NCBI GenBank assembly: GCA_028697835.1
Contig: JAQVDK010000001.1
Location: 1-56,856 of the forward strand
Source of the DNA: Eubacteriales bacterium
GTDB taxonomy: Bacteria; Bacillota; Clostridia; Monoglobales; Firm-18
Reading direction: 5' to 3'
Length of the DNA stretch: 56,856 nucleotides
The position numbers and the translations under genes are program-made. Below the pieces are notes generated by a model that did not search any database, was not told where the DNA came from, and was given only the letters and a program-made list of their open reading frames with translations. Of this stretch, positions 9,142 to 17,718 are shown one piece after another. The stretch's first letter is position 1. Every line of letters starts with the position of its first letter.

Positions 9142-9948
9142 ATGATTTTAACAAACCATAAAGATTTTAACTTAAAACAGACCTTCGACTGCGGACAATG
9201 CTTTCGCTGGGATATGAACGAAAGCGGTGTGTTTGTCGGGGTTGCCGGCGGCTATGTTATAGAGGCCTTTCAAACAGAAAAAGAAATAATCATAGACTGT
9301 CCCGACGAGGATTTTATAATCGAATATTTCGATTTAAAAAGAGATTATGGGAAGATTAAAAATTCAATAAACAAGGACGAGATAATAAAAGCCGCCATAC
9401 AGCTTGGCGGAGGGATACGCCTTTTAAAGCAGGAGCCTTGGGAAACCCTTGTTTCTTTTATCATTTCTGCAAACAACAATATCCCAAGGATTAAAAAAAT
9501 CATAAACACCCTTTGCCAAAGCTATGGCGAAAAAATATGGCACAAAGGTGAAAAATACTACACCTTTCCCTCTCCGGAAAAGCTTGCAGTTTTGACTCGG
9601 GAAGATTTAGCGCCGATTAAAAGCGGCTTTCGAGATAAATATATAATCGACGCTGCCCAAAAGATTGCCTCCGGCAGGATTGATTTGTCCTCCATATACA
9701 ACATGGGCTCTGATGAGGGGCGGCATGTACTAAAGCAGATAAAAGGCGTTGGTGACAAGGTTGCCGATTGTGTTTTGCTGTTTGCATACCAAAAATTCGA
9801 TGTGTTTCCAAAAGATGTTTGGATTAAAAGGATTATTACAAATCTATACAATATCAGTGAAAAGGACATTGATGCCTTTGTTGAAAAGAAATTTAGCAGC
9901 TTAGGCGGTTTTGCACAGCAGTATTTATTCTACTTTGGAAGGTGTTAA
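9142..9948 (+). CDS. ogg: 8-oxoguanine DNA glycosylase / HhH-GPD family glycosylase
   Basis: The N-terminal FDCGQCFRW motif is typical of clostridial Ogg, and the HhH-GPD element (IKGVGDKVADCVLLF) is present. ATG 9142 is preferred over the track start at GTG 9133. Confidence 0.8.
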   Translation: MILTNHKDFNLKQTFDCGQCFRWDMNESGVFVGVAGGYVIEAFQTEKEIIIDCPDEDFIIEYFDLKRDYGKIKNSINKDEIIKAAIQLGGGIRLLKQEPWETLVSFIISANNNIPRIKKIINTLCQSYGEKIWHKGEKYYTFPSPEKLAVLTREDLAPIKSGFRDKYIIDAAQKIASGRIDLSSIYNMGSDEGRHVLKQIKGVGDKVADCVLLFAYQKFDVFPKDVWIKRIITNLYNISEKDIDAFVEKKFSSLGGFAQQYLFYFGRC

Positions 9949-9950
9949 AT

Positions 9951-10322
9951 ATGATAATTGACTTTAAAACAAATTTTAGCTATAAATGCCCTTCATGCTT
10001 TGAGTTTTGCACGCAAGGGATTTCGGTTTTTGATATACCTTGGAAAAGGCACCTTACTATCAAATGTAAATGCAACCTTTCAAGCGTCAAGATTTTTTTA
10101 AAAGGCAGTAGCTATGTAATCAAAGCGCCGTGCTTTATTTGCATGCAAACGCATACCTACCGCATACCAAAAAACAAGTTTTGGTCAAGCGATATTTTGA
10201 TTAAAGAGTGCCTGCAAAGCAGTCTTGATGTATGTGCCTTGGGAGATGAGATAAACACACAGCGCTGGATAAGTGATTATTCTGAAATACTGAAATTTAT
10301 GCTGGAAGATGATTTTGAATAA
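9951..10322 (+). CDS. small Cys-rich hypothetical protein
   Basis: ATG 9951 lies 2 nt after the ogg stop and has a GGAAGGTG RBS. The protein contains CPSC, CKC and CFIC clusters. I recognised no family. Confidence 0.5.
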   Translation: MIIDFKTNFSYKCPSCFEFCTQGISVFDIPWKRHLTIKCKCNLSSVKIFLKGSSYVIKAPCFICMQTHTYRIPKNKFWSSDILIKECLQSSLDVCALGDEINTQRWISDYSEILKFMLEDDFE

Positions 10323-10456
10323 TTGCGACAATTTGCTGCTTAAACAGCTTGAAAAATTGTATAAGATTTTTCTTTTTTTCAATAGATTTTTTATTTCAGA
10401 TGTGTTACAATATAATAGTTGGAAACATTTTTAATATTTTTATTTAGGGTGATGTT

Positions 10457-11701
10457 ATGTACTTTGCGCTTGTTTTTGCCAATTGTGATGAAAAACAAAT
10501 GAATTCAAGCATTCCCAAGGTTTTGCACCAAATTGCATATAAAAGCATTGGCGATTGGATTTTTTCATCTATATCCGCTGCAGCATCAAAAGCAATGGTT
10601 GTACATGCGGGTGCAGAGCAAGTTAAAGAGCATTTTGGCGATGAAATTTCCTATATTCATCAAGACGGCAAAAGCGGCATAGTATCCGCCTTGACTTGTG
10701 CAAAAGATTTTTTGCAAAGCTCGGAGCATGTTCTTATCATAAATTCAAGCACCCCTTTAATACAAAAAGATACCATAGACGCTGCTTTTTCTTACCATAA
10801 ACAAAGCGGCAGCTTAGCAACAATTTTAGCTTTGGAAGAACAAGAAAGCTCAGAAATTTGCTTTTTCAACTCTAAGGAGCTTGTTTTGTCCCTTGAAAGT
10901 TTGGATAAAAGCAATTTTAGGCCCCAATCTTCCCTTGCACATGTTGTAGGGCAGCTTTTTCCTAAAAAAGAAAGTGTTGGAAGGTATATTGTAAAAAATA
11001 ATATGGAGCTGTTTAGTATCAATGACCGAGCGCAGCTTGCTTTGGCGGAAAAATTCATGCGGGAGAAAATCGTAGCATCCCACATGGAAAAAGGGGTAAC
11101 GTTTATCTCCCCCGAAACCGCATACATAAGCGGCGATGCTGTTATCGGAAGTGATACTATTATTATGCCCAATACCATTATTAAAGGCTGCTCGAAAGTT
11201 GGCAAAGGCTGCTGTATAGGGCCTAACACAACCATTGATTCTTCCGAAATCGGAAACGAAGTGGAAATTATAAATTCCGTAGTTGTGCAAAGCCAGGTCG
11301 GTGACAGCACACACATAGGGCCCTTTGCATACATAAGACCGGGCAGCAAGATAGGCAGCAAGATAAAAATAGGCGATTTTGTTGAAATAAAAAACTCCAA
11401 TATAGGTGATGGTACAAGCATTTCCCACTTAACATATGTTGGTGATGCCGATGTTGGTCAAAATGTAAATTTTGGCTGCGGCACGGTTGTGGTAAACTAT
11501 GACGGTATTAAAAAATACCGCTCCACCATTGGCGACAATGCCTTTATTGGCTGCAACACCAACCTGGTTTCTCCCGTAAATGTCGGGAAAAACACTTTTA
11601 TTGCCGCAGGCTCTACCATAACGGAGGATGTTCCGGATAAGGCCTTTGCAATAGCAAGGAGCCGACAAACCGTAAAAACCGACTGGAAGAGAAAATCCTA
11701 A
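10457..11701 (+). CDS. glmU: GlmU homolog with an intact GlcN-1-P acetyltransferase (LbH) domain and a degenerate uridylyltransferase domain
   Basis: The C-terminal SHLTYVGDADVGQNVNFGCGTVVVNYDG...IGCNTNLVSPV matches the GlmU acetyltransferase domain. The gene keeps the glmU-prs-pth synteny. The N-terminal signature LAAGKGTRM reads FANCDEKQM here. Confidence 0.8.
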   Translation: MYFALVFANCDEKQMNSSIPKVLHQIAYKSIGDWIFSSISAAASKAMVVHAGAEQVKEHFGDEISYIHQDGKSGIVSALTCAKDFLQSSEHVLIINSSTPLIQKDTIDAAFSYHKQSGSLATILALEEQESSEICFFNSKELVLSLESLDKSNFRPQSSLAHVVGQLFPKKESVGRYIVKNNMELFSINDRAQLALAEKFMREKIVASHMEKGVTFISPETAYISGDAVIGSDTIIMPNTIIKGCSKVGKGCCIGPNTTIDSSEIGNEVEIINSVVVQSQVGDSTHIGPFAYIRPGSKIGSKIKIGDFVEIKNSNIGDGTSISHLTYVGDADVGQNVNFGCGTVVVNYDGIKKYRSTIGDNAFIGCNTNLVSPVNVGKNTFIAAGSTITEDVPDKAFAIARSRQTVKTDWKRKS

Positions 11702-11736
11702 CATACTACTGCAAAATTTTTAGGAGGTAATTTAAA

Positions 11737-12693
11737 ATGATAGCCCACGGAAAAAACATTAAAGTTTTTTCAGCAAATGCAAATCCAAAGCTTGCTCAAG
11801 ATATTGCAAGCATTATAGGAGTACCCGTTGGCAAATCTGCTGTAACAACTTTCAGCGACGGTGAAATCACCGTTGCGATTGGCGAAACCGTTCGCGGTTC
11901 AGACGTTTTTGTTGTTCAGTCCACGTCCTATCCTGTCAACGACCATCTTATGGAACTTCTTATTATGATTGACGCGTTCAAACGCGCTTCTGCCGGCAGG
12001 ATAACAGCAGTTATCCCCTACTATGGCTATGCAAGGCAGGACAGAAAAGCCAAAGCAAGGGACCCAATCAGCGCAAAGCTGGTTGCCGATTTGATTGCTA
12101 CGGCGGGTGCAGACAGGGTTTTGACAATGGACCTTCACGCCCCACAGATTCAAGGATTTTTCAACGTACCTGTTGACCATCTTTTGGGCGTACCTATCTT
12201 GGCACCGTATTATGCAAAAAAATTCAAAAACAACATGGACGACCTGGTGGTTGTTTCCCCTGATTTGGGAAGTGTTACAAGAGCAAGAAACTTTGCTGAC
12301 CGCTTAAACGTTCCGTTGGCTATTATTGATAAAAGACGACCCAAAGCCAATGTTGCAGAGGTTATGAATATTATAGGAGAAATAAAGGATAAAAAAATAA
12401 TTCTGGTGGACGATATGATTGATACCGCAGGCACCCTTTGCCAAGCTGCTTTGGCACTTAAGGAAAGAGGTGCAAAAGAGGTTTACGCATGCGCCACCCA
12501 CCCTGTTCTTTCCGGTCCTGCTGTTGAAAGAATCAACAACTCTTGTATAGACGAGCTTTTGGTTCTTGACACAATTGTTGTGCCTGAGGAAAAATGCATA
12601 CCAAAACTAAAAACACTATCTGTTGCGCCTATTTTTGCAGAGGCGATTGAGAGGATTTATGAAGATTTATCGGTTTCCACGCTTTTTGTCTAA
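11737..12693 (+). CDS. prs: ribose-phosphate pyrophosphokinase
   Basis: [11 protein letters not shown] and the PRPP-binding loop [10 protein letters not shown] are present. The product is 318 aa. Confidence 0.95.
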   Translation: MIAHGKNIKVFSANANPKLAQDIASIIGVPVGKSAVTTFSDGEITVAIGETVRGSDVFVVQSTSYPVNDHLMELLIMIDAFKRASAGRITAVIPYYGYARQDRKAKARDPISAKLVADLIATAGADRVLTMDLHAPQIQGFFNVPVDHLLGVPILAPYYAKKFKNNMDDLVVVSPDLGSVTRARNFADRLNVPLAIIDKRRPKANVAEVMNIIGEIKDKKIILVDDMIDTAGTLCQAALALKERGAKEVYACATHPVLSGPAVERINNSCIDELLVLDTIVVPEEKCIPKLKTLSVAPIFAEAIERIYEDLSVSTLFV

Positions 12694-13267
12694 AAACAAT
12701 TTAGACTCGCCATACCTTATTGCCGGTTTGGGAAACCCGGGCAAAAAATATATAGATACAAGGCACAACGTTGGCTTTGATATGCTTGACGTGATAGCAA
12801 GCGCAAATGGGATAAAAGTGTCGAAGATAAAATTCAAGGCTCTTTTTGGTGTCGGAAAAATAAAAGGCAAAGATGTAATTTTAGCCAAGCCGCAAACCTA
12901 TATGAATTTAAGCGGCGAAAGCATTCGCGAAATTGCGCATTATTACAAAATTCCGCCGGAGCAAATTATAATTATTTATGATGATGTTGCCATTGACCTT
13001 GGCAGGATAAGAATCCGCAAAAAAGGCAGCGCCGGAGGGCACAACGGAATGAAAAACATCATCTACCACCTTAAAACCGAGGACTTTCCTCGAATTAGGA
13101 TTGGCGTGGGAGGCCCGGGCAGCCAAGAAGATATCAGCGACTATGTTTTGGGCAGGTTTTCAAAAAAAGAGATAGCTGTCCTGACAAATACCGCAAAGGA
13201 TATGCCCGCTGTTATTGATGCCATTATTGAATACGGTATGGACAGTGCAATGAATAAATATAATTAA
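12659..13267 (+). CDS. pth: peptidyl-tRNA hydrolase
   Basis: The GLGNPGKKY...TRHNVGF motif is present. The start is uncertain: ATG 12659 with a GAGAGGA RBS overlaps the prs 3' end, and the track start is 12623. Confidence 0.85.
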   Translation: MKIYRFPRFLSKNNLDSPYLIAGLGNPGKKYIDTRHNVGFDMLDVIASANGIKVSKIKFKALFGVGKIKGKDVILAKPQTYMNLSGESIREIAHYYKIPPEQIIIIYDDVAIDLGRIRIRKKGSAGGHNGMKNIIYHLKTEDFPRIRIGVGGPGSQEDISDYVLGRFSKKEIAVLTNTAKDMPAVIDAIIEYGMDSAMNKYN

Positions 13268-13294
13268 AAAGTGCAAAATAAGATTGTAAGTCAC

Positions 13295-13329
13295 GGTCAA
13301 TCGCTACGGCGATTGACCTGTTTGTTTAA
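13295..13329 (+). terminator. Rho-independent terminator after pth
   Basis: The stem is ggtcaatcgc/gcgattgacc (10 bp, perfect) with a tacg loop, followed by TGTTTGTTT. Confidence 0.8.
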
Positions 13330-13386
13330 AAATACTATTTACAGGTTAAAACTTTCACATTTTTACATATAAAACATTAAAATATA

Positions 13387-13415
13387 TTGACTAATTCATA
13401 CTTTTTTGATATTAT
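13387..13415 (+). promoter_or_regulatory. promoter of the ndh2-led electron-transfer locus
   Basis: TTGACT (13387-13392), a 17-nt spacer, then TATTAT (13410-13415). A TG at 13407-13408 makes it an extended -10. Confidence 0.55.
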
Positions 13416-13468
13416 ATTGTAAGTTTCGAGCAGGGGCTCTTGAATACTTTATTACAGAGGAGCTTATT

Positions 13469-15448
13469 ATGGAAAAGAAAATTGTTATTATTGGCGCAGG
13501 CTATGGAGGAATTTTGACTGCAAAAAAGCTTGCAAAAAGATTTAAAAAATATCAAAATATAAATATTACTATTATCGACAAAAACCCTTACCATACAATG
13601 CTTACGGAGCTGCATGAGGTTGCGGCAAACAGAGTGGATGATGACAGTATAAAAATAAGCTTGAAAAAGGTTTTTGCAGGCAGGCGTGTAAATGTTATAC
13701 ACGATATTGTAAATAAAATTGATTATGATAAAAAGGTTGTTTTTACTTCCTTGGGCGAATATAATTATGACTATCTTGTTCTTGCCGCCGGCTCAAAGCC
13801 TACTTTTTACGGGATTGAAGGCGCCGAGGAAAATGCTTTTCGCCTATGGTCATACGAAGATGCCATTATCCTTCGAGAACACATTCATGAAATGTTTAGA
13901 AAAGCAGCAGTTGAAACAAATTTGGAGCAAAAGAAAAAACTGCTTTCTTTTTATGTTGTGGGTGCGGGATTTACAGGTGTGGAAATGGTTGGCGAGCTTG
14001 CGGAGTATGTTCCGTACTTGTGTAAAAAGTTTGATTTGGACAGGGATTTAGTTTCGATTTACAACGTGGATATCCTTTCCAGAACTGTGTCGAATTTACC
14101 TGAAAAACTATCCAAAAAAGTTGAAAAACGCTTATCCAAAATGGGCGTTAAATTCAAGCTAAACACCAATGTTGTAGCAATAGGCAAGGATTATATAGAA
14201 ACATCTGCCAACGGAAAATCGTCCCGATACAACACAAACACCGTTATTTGGGCGGCAGGAATCCAGTCCTCCGACATTACGCGAAAAGCCGCAGAAGTTA
14301 TGCAATCTACCAACAGCGGCAGGATTATGGTAGATAAATATCTACGCTCTGTTGATAACGAAAGCGTGTATGTGATTGGCGACAATATGTATTTCGTCCC
14401 CGAGGGTGAAGAAAAGCCCGTTCCTCAAATGGTGGAAAACTGTGAGCAAAGCTCCGACGTAGCGGCTAAAAATATTTATGCCCAGGTAAGCGGTAAAGGA
14501 AACCTTATAGAATACAAGCCTACCTTCCATGGGGTTATGGTAAGCGTGGGCAGCAGATATGGCGTGGCACGGGTTGGTACGCCAAAGATGATGTTTAACC
14601 TGCCTTCGTTTTTAGCTATGTTTGTCAAGCATTTTATAAACATGGTCTATTTTGCGCAGGTTGCAGGCTGGAACAAAGTTTTCAGCTATATGAAGCATGA
14701 GTTTTTTACCATAAGAAATCAGCGTAGCTTTGTTGGCGGGCATTTTTCAAACAGAACTCCCAGTTTTCTGCTTGTGCCACTTAGGGTTTGGCTTGGTCTT
14801 GTATGGCTTTATGAAGGCATTGCAAAAGTATTTGATAAATGGCTTGTCGAGCCTAAGCTTGAAGGCTTTTTTGGCGGAGCAAACAGCTGGTACAACAGTA
14901 TTTTGCAGGCGGCAGGTCAAGCGGTTGCCTTAGACGCTGCCACTTCCGCTACTGCCGAGGCTACTGCCCAGGCCACAGGCGAAGCTGCTGCGGCTGCAGG
15001 AGTGTTGATTTTTAATTGGAACATACTTGGCATATTTAAAGCCATATTCGTAAGCGGCAAAGAACTTGCATCTTCCGCTATAGGCGATTTTGCCTTTAAA
15101 CTTGACGTTCCGCTTATCAATTGGTTTATAGACACTTTAATCATGCCACAGGATACGGTTCAGGTAGTCATGCAAAGCTTTATTGTAATTGCTGAAATTT
15201 TAATCGGCCTTGCGTTGATTGGAGGGCTGTTTACAACTATCGCAGCGGGCGGCTCTTTAATTTTGCAGTTTATGTTTGTAACCACCACAGGACTTTATCT
15301 GTCAACCTTTTGGATGATTTTTGCAGGTGTGGCAGTGCTTATAGGCGCAGGGCGAACTTTTGGGCTTGATTATTATTTTATGCCGCACATAAAGCGTTTA
15401 TGGCAAAAAATACCTTTTATAAGAAAGTTGTATATATATAATGACTAA
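13469..15448 (+). CDS. ndh2: type II NADH dehydrogenase (NDH-2) fused to a C-terminal DoxX/DoxD-like membrane domain
   Basis: Two Rossmann motifs are present (IIGAGYGG and VVGAGFTGVE). The C-terminal ~230 aa are polytopic, with LRVWLGLVWLYEGIAKV and GAGRTFGLDYY. ATG 13469 follows an AGAGGA RBS, and the track start is 13406. Confidence 0.85.
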   Translation: MEKKIVIIGAGYGGILTAKKLAKRFKKYQNINITIIDKNPYHTMLTELHEVAANRVDDDSIKISLKKVFAGRRVNVIHDIVNKIDYDKKVVFTSLGEYNYDYLVLAAGSKPTFYGIEGAEENAFRLWSYEDAIILREHIHEMFRKAAVETNLEQKKKLLSFYVVGAGFTGVEMVGELAEYVPYLCKKFDLDRDLVSIYNVDILSRTVSNLPEKLSKKVEKRLSKMGVKFKLNTNVVAIGKDYIETSANGKSSRYNTNTVIWAAGIQSSDITRKAAEVMQSTNSGRIMVDKYLRSVDNESVYVIGDNMYFVPEGEEKPVPQMVENCEQSSDVAAKNIYAQVSGKGNLIEYKPTFHGVMVSVGSRYGVARVGTPKMMFNLPSFLAMFVKHFINMVYFAQVAGWNKVFSYMKHEFFTIRNQRSFVGGHFSNRTPSFLLVPLRVWLGLVWLYEGIAKVFDKWLVEPKLEGFFGGANSWYNSILQAAGQAVALDAATSATAEATAQATGEAAAAAGVLIFNWNILGIFKAIFVSGKELASSAIGDFAFKLDVPLINWFIDTLIMPQDTVQVVMQSFIVIAEILIGLALIGGLFTTIAAGGSLILQFMFVTTTGLYLSTFWMIFAGVAVLIGAGRTFGLDYYFMPHIKRLWQKIPFIRKLYIYND

Positions 15449-16409
15449 TGATAGAGTTTTAATAAACGACGCTTTTGAAAATGTAAAAGCCGAGGTGGAA
15501 AAAGCTCTTTCCTCCTCCCCTTCCATCATTAAAAGCTATACGCACTATTTGTCATTAGCAAGAGGCAAATTTATAAGGGCATATGCGCTTTTGACATGCA
15601 GCTTGGACTCTGACAACAAAATAAACACCGATGCCGTAAAGCTGGCAACAGCGGTGGAGCTTTTACATTTGGCTACTCTTGTGCATGACGATGTAATTGA
15701 TAATGCAGACACTCGCCGGGGTATCGACACGCTGCAAAAAAGGTTCGGAAAGCGCACCGCCGTTATATGCGGCGACTACCTGTTTTGCCTGGCAATTAAA
15801 AAGGCTTCGGAAATATCCGACCAAAGCAAGTTTAAAAAGCTTGACTTGGCCTTGTATATGGAAAAAATATGTTTAGGTGAGCTAAACCAGCATATAAACA
15901 ACAATAATATTGATTTGTCGATGCGCCAGTATTTAAAAATAATATCGGGAAAAACCGCCGCGTTGTTTGAGGCGTCTTGTTACGGGGGGGCATGTGTTGG
16001 CGGCTTTGACAACAGCGAGCTTAAAAAATACAAAAGGTTTGGGCGATATTTGGGCATGATTTTCCAACTTACGGATGATTGCATTGATTTTGAGGAAACA
16101 AAGGCAAATGCAAAAAAACCTGTGCAATCGGACTATGAACAGGGGGTTATAACCCTTCCTTTGATTTATGCATTTTCTCAAAAAGACCAATTAAAAAGCA
16201 AGGCAAAGGCAAAAAGGCTTTCAAGAGAAGAAATAAACGCCTCTGTTGCTTCTTCGGGCGGCTTGAAGCTTACCAGGCTCCTATCGCAACGCTATTACAA
16301 AAAGGCGGCATTGATTATTGACGATTTAAATGCGGACAAAAGCAAAAAGAATATACTTATGGAAGTTTTGGATAAAGCATTTTACGGTTTGCAGGGTAAA
16401 AAAACATGA
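15441..16409 (+). CDS. trans-polyprenyl diphosphate synthase (DmkB/HepT-like)
   Basis: The first Asp-rich motif is LVHDDVIDNADTRRG and the second is QLTDDCIDF. The gene overlaps ndh2 by 8 nt. Confidence 0.85.
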   Translation: MTNDRVLINDAFENVKAEVEKALSSSPSIIKSYTHYLSLARGKFIRAYALLTCSLDSDNKINTDAVKLATAVELLHLATLVHDDVIDNADTRRGIDTLQKRFGKRTAVICGDYLFCLAIKKASEISDQSKFKKLDLALYMEKICLGELNQHINNNNIDLSMRQYLKIISGKTAALFEASCYGGACVGGFDNSELKKYKRFGRYLGMIFQLTDDCIDFEETKANAKKPVQSDYEQGVITLPLIYAFSQKDQLKSKAKAKRLSREEINASVASSGGLKLTRLLSQRYYKKAALIIDDLNADKSKKNILMEVLDKAFYGLQGKKT

Positions 16410-17308
16410 TTAAACGTTTTTTAAGCTATGTTGAGATTAAAACCAAAATAACAAGCGTATTTGCATTTTTTATGGTGCTGGCTTATTTGTTTAATATAAA
16501 ACAGCCCATAAATTGGAGGCTGTCTGGGGTTTTCTTTGTTTCCATGTTTGTTTTTGACCTGGCAACAACAGCCATAAATAACTATATAGACACAAAAACA
16601 AATCATCAAACCCTACAGTTTAAAAGAAAAAATGCGCTTGCGATTATTGTGGTACTGCTTGCAGTTGCCACTGCTTTTGGCTTGTATCTGGCATACCTTA
16701 CCGACTTTGTCGTACTGCTTTTGGGCGGACTGTGCTTTGCATGCGGCATATTATATACCTTCGGGCCTGTGCCCATCTCCCGCCAACCATATGGAGAGGT
16801 TTTGTCCGGGCTTTTTTACGGATACTTAATACCAACAATAATGCTTTATATAAACATGCCCCACGGCACCTATTTAACCTTAGACTTTAGCTTAGAAAAA
16901 GTAATTTTAAGCATTAACGTTATGCCTTCTATAACTGTTGTACTTTTAGGTTTTTTGCCGTTTTGCGCAACAGCAAACATTATGCTGGCAAATAATATTT
17001 GCGACTTGGAAAAAGATATAACAGTAAAGCGATATACTCTTCCCTTCTATTTGGAAGGCAAATCCATCTACCTTTTTGCAGCAATATACTACTTGACATA
17101 TCCTGCCGCTGCTTTAATGGTTATGCTTAAAATATTACCGCCACTTACTTATCTTTATCTACTTACCATAATTCCTGTACAAAAAAACATAAATACATTT
17201 TTTAAAAAACAAGACAAGAGCGAGACATTTATCGTTTCGGTTAAAAATTATATTATTATAATGGGGACAATGACAATACTTATTTTTGTCAGTGGATTGT
17301 TGAGGTAG
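16406..17308 (+). CDS. UbiA-family aromatic prenyltransferase (MenA/DmkA-like, divergent motif 1)
   Basis: The 300-aa product has about 8-9 TM helices. Motif 1 reads NNYIDTKTN and motif 2 reads DLEKD. The start overlaps the synthetase stop as ATGA. Confidence 0.75.
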   Translation: MIKRFLSYVEIKTKITSVFAFFMVLAYLFNIKQPINWRLSGVFFVSMFVFDLATTAINNYIDTKTNHQTLQFKRKNALAIIVVLLAVATAFGLYLAYLTDFVVLLLGGLCFACGILYTFGPVPISRQPYGEVLSGLFYGYLIPTIMLYINMPHGTYLTLDFSLEKVILSINVMPSITVVLLGFLPFCATANIMLANNICDLEKDITVKRYTLPFYLEGKSIYLFAAIYYLTYPAAALMVMLKILPPLTYLYLLTIIPVQKNINTFFKKQDKSETFIVSVKNYIIIMGTMTILIFVSGLLR

Positions 17309-17312
17309 TGCA

Positions 17313-17702
17313 ATGTTTTTCAAAAAAAACGATATCGTAATATTGCTTATAGCAATTGTTATCGCCACGGCAGCAATATTTGCATATAATCATTTTGCAA
17401 AACAGCTTCCGGTGAAGGCAGAAATTTATCATAACGGTACTTTGGTGAAAACCGTAAGTTTAGCTTTAGGTGTTGATAAGACCTTTTCAGTCCCCGAGGA
17501 GCCGCAGGTGGTGTTTCGCCTGCATCCTGACGGTAAAATCAGTTTCGAAAAATCCGATTGCCCCGACCGCATTTGCATAAGCAGCGGAAAGCTCGGCAGG
17601 GCGGGACAGTCGGCGGCGTGTTTGCCCAATGGTTTAGTTTTGAAAATTGTGCCTGTCGGCAAGGAGCAAAAAGATGATGTAGATATTGTCATTGGTCATT
17701 AG
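17313..17702 (+). CDS. single-pass membrane protein with a NusG domain II-like (DUF1312-type) fold
   Basis: An N-terminal TM helix (IVILLIAIVIATAAIFAY) is followed by the CPDRICISSG...AACLPNGLVLKI signature that I associate with NusG_II proteins. Confidence 0.7.
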   Translation: MFFKKNDIVILLIAIVIATAAIFAYNHFAKQLPVKAEIYHNGTLVKTVSLALGVDKTFSVPEEPQVVFRLHPDGKISFEKSDCPDRICISSGKLGRAGQSAACLPNGLVLKIVPVGKEQKDDVDIVIGH

Positions 17703-17718
17703 GAAAGGTATATAAAAC

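Noticed and set aside
10792-11428. Two long antisense ORFs (209 and 192 aa) lie opposite the glmU 3' half.
   Set aside because: They lie entirely within the hexapeptide-repeat (LbH) coding region, whose periodic codon usage commonly leaves alternative frames open. The glmU frame has clear homology and they do not.
12623-12658. The supplied ORF track shows upstream extensions of pth (12623), murT (6250), purH (52174), ndh2 (13406) and the first gene (151).
   Set aside because: In each case an internal start with a better-placed Shine-Dalgarno sequence yields the N-terminus typical of the family. I regard the extensions as artefacts of taking the longest ORF.
13719-14051. A 110-aa alternative-frame ORF lies on the plus strand.
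   Set aside because: It is embedded in the NDH-2 reading frame, which carries both Rossmann motifs. It has no independent start signals.
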